Below are positions 59,565 through 64,000 of a DNA stretch of 64,000 bases, one piece after another. A program made the translations under genes and the position numbers. Numbering within the stretch: the stretch's first letter is position 1; each line of letters starts with the position of its first letter. This DNA is from Actinomycetota bacterium. GTDB lineage: Bacteria; Actinomycetota; Coriobacteriia; Anaerosomatales; PHET01. The notes under the pieces were generated by a model. That model was not told the DNA's origin, did not search any database, and saw only the letters and a program-made list of their open reading frames with translations. The stretch spans positions 13,032 through 77,031 of the forward strand of contig JAJUJM010000004.1 in the NCBI GenBank assembly GCA_029265315.1. The letters are read 5' to 3'.

Positions 59565-60722
59565 ATGACGAGGCTGCGCGTCGTGAGCGTAAGCGAGCAC
59601 ATACGTACCGGTCGTGCTGTCGCTCGCGCTCGGCTTCCAGACCTCGGCCTGCTGCGTCGAAGCGCCGGCAGTACCGTCGTGGCAGTCGGTGCAGAACTCG
59701 GACTCGGACAGGAAGCCGCCCGTGCCCGTCGGCGAAGTGCCGCTGGCCGGCGCGAACGGGAAGGGGTTGTCGTTGTCGTTGTCCTGGTAACCGCCGTAGT
59801 AGGTGTCCGCAGGGCCAAGCGGCTCGACCCAGTTGATCGCGTACTTGTTCACACCATTGGTGGCCACCACGCCGAAGCCGGCCACATCCGTGTCCGTCTT
59901 CGTCTCCATCGCGTCCGTATGCGGGTTCTTCAGGAGCAGGAAGCGGCCGGACGGCCAGATCGGGCGATAGCGGAACGCGAACACGCCTGCGGTGTTGTTG
60001 CCGTCCCAGACGAAGTTGCCGTAATCGACGTCGATGCCCCACTCGTTGTCCTCGAGCAGACCGTCCTGGTCACCGTTGCCGAAGCCGGCCTTGATCGGCC
60101 AGTTGGCGGCAAGGGTGTCGAGCTGCGTCGTGGTCGGACGCCCCTGCTGCCCCGGGCCGACGAACGCGCGACCGGGGTCCGAGAACGTCGTCAGGATGCG
60201 AGCGGAGTTGCCGTGCGGGCTGTGGCAGTCGAAGCACGCGAAGCCCTCGGGGTCGCTGTAGGCCGGCTTGATGTCAGCCGGGGCGTTACCCTTGTAACCC
60301 AGCGTGTGTCCCGTGCCGAAACCCATGGTCGACGTGGCGATCGCCGACGCCTGCGCGACGTCGAACGCACCCGTACGGTAGTCGTTGTCCATCTGGATGT
60401 TGATGGTCGATCCGCCACCGCCGCCATGGCAGTAATCGCACGCGGCCTCACGGGAAGAAGCACGGAGCAGCTTGAAGCTACCTTCGGCATAGTGCGTGGA
60501 GTGGCAGTCAGCGCACTTGTTCGTGGTAGTCGTGTAGCCGCCGTGCGGACCCGAGAAGTAGCCGGTCGCGCGGGTGTACTGCAGCGGGTTGTTGTACCCC
60601 TCGGCGAACGCCGGAGCGACGCCAAGAGCCACGACAACGACCGCGGCGACGGAGACGAGCAGGATCCTCTTGATCACTGATGCCTCCTTCTTGCGGACTG
60701 AACGGAAAAGGCGCCTTGTCAT
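59562..60722 (-). CDS. secreted multihaem cytochrome c, N-terminal portion (4 CXXCH)
   Basis: ATG at 60722 follows AAAGGGGGTG; an alternative GTG at 60677 follows AAGGAGG. Signal peptide is ...IKRILLVSVAAVVVVALGVAPAFA. Motifs are CADCH, CDYCH, CFDCH and CTDCH. Ends at TGA 59562. Confidence 0.8.
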   Translation of the reverse strand: MTRRLFRSVRKKEASVIKRILLVSVAAVVVVALGVAPAFAEGYNNPLQYTRATGYFSGPHGGYTTTTNKCADCHSTHYAEGSFKLLRASSREAACDYCHGGGGGSTINIQMDNDYRTGAFDVAQASAIATSTMGFGTGHTLGYKGNAPADIKPAYSDPEGFACFDCHSPHGNSARILTTFSDPGRAFVGPGQQGRPTTTQLDTLAANWPIKAGFGNGDQDGLLEDNEWGIDVDYGNFVWDGNNTAGVFAFRYRPIWPSGRFLLLKNPHTDAMETKTDTDVAGFGVVATNGVNKYAINWVEPLGPADTYYGGYQDNDNDNPFPFAPASGTSPTGTGGFLSESEFCTDCHDGTAGASTQQAEVWKPSASDSTTGTYVLAYAHDAQPRH

Positions 60723-60750
60723 GTGTTCACACCCCCTTTCGGTCGACAAG

Positions 60751-60772
60751 GTCCGGTCCGGTCGGACCGGAC
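60751..60772 (-). promoter_or_regulatory. 9-bp GC hairpin in cytochrome 5' leader
   Basis: GTCCGGTCC-ggtc-GGACCGGAC, located between the putative promoter and the SD. Confidence 0.35.
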
Positions 60773-60818
60773 AGATGCACGCCCGCACGATGAGACGGGC
60801 TGCTCTGCCTCACTCTGA

Positions 60819-60848
60819 AGAATAGTGAATCTGATAACTAGGAATCAA
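60819..60848 (-). promoter_or_regulatory. candidate sigma70-type promoter for cytochrome gene
   Basis: Minus strand reads TTGATT-18 nt-TATTCT within the A+T-rich intergenic region. The spacer coincides with one arm of the 14-nt inverted repeat. Confidence 0.3.
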
Positions 60849-60870
60849 TATGTTTCGTTATCTGATTCAC
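60825..60870. promoter_or_regulatory. 14-nt inverted repeat (operator-like)
   Basis: GTGAATCTGATAAC (60825-60838) and GTTATCTGATTCAC (60857-60870). 13/14 positions are complementary, with an 18-nt spacer. Confidence 0.5.
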
Positions 60871-60871
60871 T

Positions 60872-60897
60872 AATACTGACGATTCGATTTCAGTATT
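60872..60897. promoter_or_regulatory. 8-nt inverted repeat
   Basis: AATACTGA-10 nt-TCAGTATT, immediately adjacent to the 14-nt repeat. Confidence 0.4.
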
Positions 60898-60921
60898 CTC
60901 GCAGGTCAGAGCCCTGACGCG

Positions 60922-60956
60922 ACGAATGGGCACCTCTGCGAGAGCCGCCCATTCGT
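60922..60956 (-). terminator. 10-bp hairpin downstream of NHL gene (possible terminator)
   Basis: ACGAATGGGC-15 nt-GCCCATTCGT, 60 nt after the stop at 61017. No U-tract. Confidence 0.3.
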
Positions 60957-61016
60957 GTATTCGCCAACTAAACTGTTTCTAAACGCGCCGACCTCGAGCC
61001 GAGCGACCGACCAAGG

Positions 61017-62444
61017 CTACTCAGCTATGCGGTATTCGGCTTGAAGCTGCTCGAGTGTGACGCGCTTCCCGGGCGCTTCCCTGTACGCTTCAGCATCATC
61101 ATCGTCCGCGACCACCAAGACGACCCGCGGCAGGAGCACTCGCTCAAGCCCTTGTGGCCGCATGGCGCGTGACAGGGCCCCGATCGGGTCCTCGCTCCCC
61201 TTCTCGCCAACAGCTGCGAGGTACTCCGCCAGAGCCACGCCCTCCTCGGTCACGTCTGCGAAACGCTCATACACCTCAGGCAACACGTGCAGCTTCCTTG
61301 AGACAGCGGCCAAGAGACGCAGCTGACCTTCGTCCATCGCGCGCTTCAGCGCTTCGTCAGTCGCGAACCAACGTTTCCTGCCGAGCACGAACGGCAGTAT
61401 CGCGAGCATGGCCAGCGGCACAAGCCACCACAGCCACGGGTTGCGGCGCAACACGTTGTCTTCCTCCGGCAGAAGCAGCCTCACGATCTGGACGCGGTCG
61501 TTGTACGTGTCGGTGATGGCGAAGGTCTCGCCCCCCAGGTAGGCGATCGACGTGGGGAGGTTGAAGCGGCCGTCGCTCTTGCCTTGGAGCTCCTCAAAGG
61601 TGTGGATGAGTCTTCCCGTGTCCGCGTCGAGGACCCTGATCGCATGCTTGAATCCGTCCAGCACGAACACACGTCCACGGTCGTCGAGCGCCACCCCTGT
61701 CGGCAGGCCATACTCGACCTTAGGGTCGTCCTGGAACCGACCGGGCTTCCCGTCCACCCACCGGACCGTGGCAGTCGTCTCCCCTTCCAATGCGACCCGC
61801 TGCACACGGTTGTTGTTGGAGTCGGCGACGATGAGCTCACCGCCCTGAGCTGGCACAGCGGAACGCGGGTAGTCGAACTGTCCGGACTCAAGTCCGCGCG
61901 TGCCGACCTCTCCTTGAAGCTCGCCTTGGTCTGACAGCAGGACCACCGGACCGAACGTCAACACCGCGACGCCGTCGGGCATGACCACCGGCGCCAGCGG
62001 ATTCAACACAGGGATCTCCCAGAGGAACTCGCCCTGCGTCGTGAAGCACAGAACCCTCAATCGCGAACGGTCCGCCACGTACACATGGTCCGCAGCGCGG
62101 TCGACGGCCACGCCTATCGGCACGAGCATCTGCCCCTGCTCAAGACCGCGCTCGCCCCACGTGCGGACCCAGTCGCCCCCGCGGTCGAACTCCACGATGC
62201 GCTGCGTGTCGCGCAACGTGACGTAGAAGTCGCCATCGTCCGCGGCCGCCAACCCGACCGGTCGCCTCAGATTCTCACCATTCGCCACATAGATCGAACG
62301 GACAGGGACCACGCCCGACGGAGCGCCGCCCTCCTGTCGCCGGTCCTCAGTGTCACCGGTCAGCCAGAAGAACAGCGCCGCGAGGCCGAGCAGCAAGGCC
62401 AGCAGCAGAACCAGGATCCACAACAGCGCTCGGTTGCTTCTCAC
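61017..62444 (-). CDS. bitopic-flanked NHL-repeat beta-propeller protein with cytoplasmic C-terminal domain
   Basis: N-terminal TM (LLWILVLLLALLLGLAALFFWL). Repeated NHL-like blades follow (PVGLAADDGDFYVTL, PIGVAVDRAADHVYVADRSRLRV, LIVADSNNNRVQRV, PTGVALDDRGRVFVLD, PTSIAYLGGETFAITDTYNDRVQIV). Then comes a second TM (WLWWLVPLAMLAILPFVLG) and a tail of about 130 aa. The GTG start overlaps the TPR gene stop (GTGA). Confidence 0.75.
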   Translation of the reverse strand: MRSNRALLWILVLLLALLLGLAALFFWLTGDTEDRRQEGGAPSGVVPVRSIYVANGENLRRPVGLAAADDGDFYVTLRDTQRIVEFDRGGDWVRTWGERGLEQGQMLVPIGVAVDRAADHVYVADRSRLRVLCFTTQGEFLWEIPVLNPLAPVVMPDGVAVLTFGPVVLLSDQGELQGEVGTRGLESGQFDYPRSAVPAQGGELIVADSNNNRVQRVALEGETTATVRWVDGKPGRFQDDPKVEYGLPTGVALDDRGRVFVLDGFKHAIRVLDADTGRLIHTFEELQGKSDGRFNLPTSIAYLGGETFAITDTYNDRVQIVRLLLPEEDNVLRRNPWLWWLVPLAMLAILPFVLGRKRWFATDEALKRAMDEGQLRLLAAVSRKLHVLPEVYERFADVTEEGVALAEYLAAVGEKGSEDPIGALSRAMRPQGLERVLLPRVVLVVADDDDAEAYREAPGKRVTLEQLQAEYRIAE

Positions 62445-63190
62445 TGTGCGTCACCGCCCTCGGGGGCACCGTGCGGGTTCGGCGTGGCGGTCGGCTCCGA
62501 GTACTCGACCCCCAAGCGCCGCAGCCCGGCGATGGCCTCCTCATTCCCGGGCAGGAACTTCAGTGCCTTCTTGTAGTTGTCGATCGCCTCGCCCTTCCTG
62601 CCGGCCTTCTCGAGTATCTGGGCGTACACGATCCCCATGTCCGCGGCAGCCGGATCGATGCGCAGGCCCGTCTGCATGGCTTTGATCGCCTCGTCGTAGT
62701 TGGCGTTCTCCGCAAGGATCTGGGCCAACAGGAAGTAGGGCTCCGCCTTGCTCACACCAGTGATCTTGATCTCAGCCCGAACGTGCTTCTCCGCCAAGTC
62801 AAGTTGTCCGTCCCGCACGTAGAGGGTCGCGAGCCTGAGGTTGTAGAACGGCTGTTTCTCGGCGTTCTTGACGGCCTCACGGGCGTGCCTGAATGCGTCC
62901 TCGGTCTTTCCCATGTCGAACTCGACCTCGGCCAATGACATCAGTGTCGCGGGGTCGGCCGGGTTGTTGTTCAACCCTTGCACGAGGAGGTCATAGTCCC
63001 GCTCGAGCGCAGAACGCGGCTCTCCGCTGAAAAGGCCACCGTTGAGCAGCAAGTAGACCAACACGCCGGTCAGGACGACGACGGTCACCGCGAGCACCAA
63101 CACCACTGCACGGTTGCTTCCGCCGACACGGCGGACTTTGGGCAGCGCACCTGCCACGGAATCACTCACCCTTCGAGATGTGGACGACAT
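62441..63190 (-). CDS. membrane-anchored TPR-repeat protein
   Basis: One TM (AVVLVLAVTVVVLTGVLVYLLL) followed by TPR repeats (LMSLAEVEFDMGKTEDAFRHAREAV, YFLLAQILAENANYDEAIKAMQTGLRIDP, IVYAQILEKAGRKGEAIDNYKKALKFLP). Confidence 0.75.
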   Translation of the reverse strand: MSSTSRRVSDSVAGALPKVRRVGGSNRAVVLVLAVTVVVLTGVLVYLLLNGGLFSGEPRSALERDYDLLVQGLNNNPADPATLMSLAEVEFDMGKTEDAFRHAREAVKNAEKQPFYNLRLATLYVRDGQLDLAEKHVRAEIKITGVSKAEPYFLLAQILAENANYDEAIKAMQTGLRIDPAAADMGIVYAQILEKAGRKGEAIDNYKKALKFLPGNEEAIAGLRRLGVEYSEPTATPNPHGAPEGGDAQ

Positions 63191-63200
63191 TCGTGACTTC

Positions 63201-63214
63201 GTTCATGAATGAAC
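63201..63214. promoter_or_regulatory. short inverted repeat just upstream of TPR gene start
   Basis: GTTCAT-GA-ATGAAC, 11 nt upstream of ATG 63190, at the position where an SD would be expected. Confidence 0.2.
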
Positions 63215-63266
63215 GGTTAAGGCCGCAAGCATCCTAGCAAGGCTGATGCCCCCTCACAAGCGAAGC

Positions 63267-64000
63267 TCATCGGTACGGATCGGACTCATGGCACAACCCG
63301 CAGAAGGTGACCGCGTGACACCGGCAGCCCCCCGGGCCGTTGGCCGCCGCAGCGGCCCCGTGGACAGGAAACCATTGCGAGTAGGTGCCGTGCAGGTTGA
63401 CGACGTCGTGACAGGCGCATGCGTCCTGCCTCGTCGGCCTGGCGGTCTCGTGGCACTTCGCACACAGAGCGGGGTCGGAGTATGAGACGCCCGCGTGCTG
63501 GCCTGCGAAGGCCGGCGGATGCGGCAGCACCAGTCCGTGGCATTCGACACATGACCGATCGGTGCGTGCCGAGTGGCACCCCTTGCACGTCACCGGGGCC
63601 GCCGACACGCCCATCGGCACCCTCGTCGCGTCACTGTCTGAGGGCTTCCCGCTGATGTGGCAGGTGACGCAGTCCGCATCAGCGACGCTTCCGTCGTGAC
63701 AGTGCAGACAACGAGACATCACGGGGCGCACGATCGCCACGGTTCGACTGGCGACCGTCCGTGTCTCGTCCGCACTCGTCGCATGTCCCACGCCAGGGTG
63801 ACATGACAGACAGGTGCCTCCGGATTCGATGATGTCGCTGTGCCTGACCCTGATCCCGTTCGACTCGAGTGAACCCCCAGCGATCGCCTTGTGACACCGG
63901 ATGCACGCGCCGTCGGACACCGGTGACCGCGGCCCCTCCGAGATGAGGGAGGCAAACCCCGCAGCCGAGGCCTGCCATGCTCCGAAGACGCCCGGCTGCG
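63267..64000 (-). CDS. multihaem cytochrome c (at least 8 CXXCH), probably 5'-truncated by window edge
   Basis: Motifs CIRCH, CLSCH, CLHCH, CVTCH, CKGCH, CVECH, CAKCH and CGLCH within 217 aa. The track ORF starts at GTG 63920, but the frame stays open to 64000 and encodes a hydrophobic stretch (...FGAWQASAAGFASLISEG...) that looks like a signal or anchor. Confidence 0.8.
   Translation of the reverse strand, partial: QPGVFGAWQASAAGFASLISEGPRSPVSDGACIRCHKAIAGGSLESNGIRVRHSDIIESGGTCLSCHPGVGHATSADETRTVASRTVAIVRPVMSRCLHCHDGSVADADCVTCHISGKPSDSDATRVPMGVSAAPVTCKGCHSARTDRSCVECHGLVLPHPPAFAGQHAGVSYSDPALCAKCHETARPTRQDACACHDVVNLHGTYSQWFPVHGAAAAANGPGGCRCHAVTFCGLCHESDPYR

Noticed and set aside
63267-63920. 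Counting CACH and CRCH as additional haem-binding sites.
   Set aside because: CXCH spacing is not an established haem c attachment motif. They are reported only as an oddity, and the haem count is given as eight.

Overview
Visibly high-GC 64-kb chromosomal segment. About 70 genes are present and all but two (13234..14154 and 52870..53217) lie on the minus strand. Many are joined by 1-17 nt start/stop overlaps (ATGA/GTGA), implying long translationally coupled operons. The ORF track renders GTG/TTG starts as M, and many listed ORFs carry spurious N-terminal extensions that I trimmed by reading the sequence. The backbone is the conserved Actinomycetota housekeeping arrangement. One block runs argS-lysA-hom-thrB ... 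rho-rpmE-prfA-prmC-tsaC ... wecA-atpI/B/E/F/H/A, and a second runs topA ... tmk-holB-ricT-tRNA-Thr. Embedded modules are: (i) a 2-phosphoglycerate kinase + cyclic-2,3-diphosphoglycerate synthetase pair; (ii) an 11-gene nuoABCDHIJKLMN operon with no nuoEFG; (iii) mdh plus a two-subunit class I fumarase whose alpha and beta genes are separated by an overlapping MFS gene; (iv) a tatA-tatC-hypA-hypB-HD-lipoprotein operon; (v) a divergent STAS pair; (vi) a B12-type radical SAM-menG-amidohydrolase operon. Module (vii), at the right end, is a multihaem-cytochrome / TPR / NHL-propeller cluster with an A+T-rich, inverted-repeat-dense control region. Its large cytochrome is interrupted by a single in-frame TGA followed by a hairpin. 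That cluster is my best candidate for something new. It could be a cytochrome-based electron-export system in an actinobacterium, possibly using selenocysteine. I saw no rRNA, CRISPR array, transposase or integrase. All calls rest on my own reading of translations, motifs and gene order; no database search was possible.
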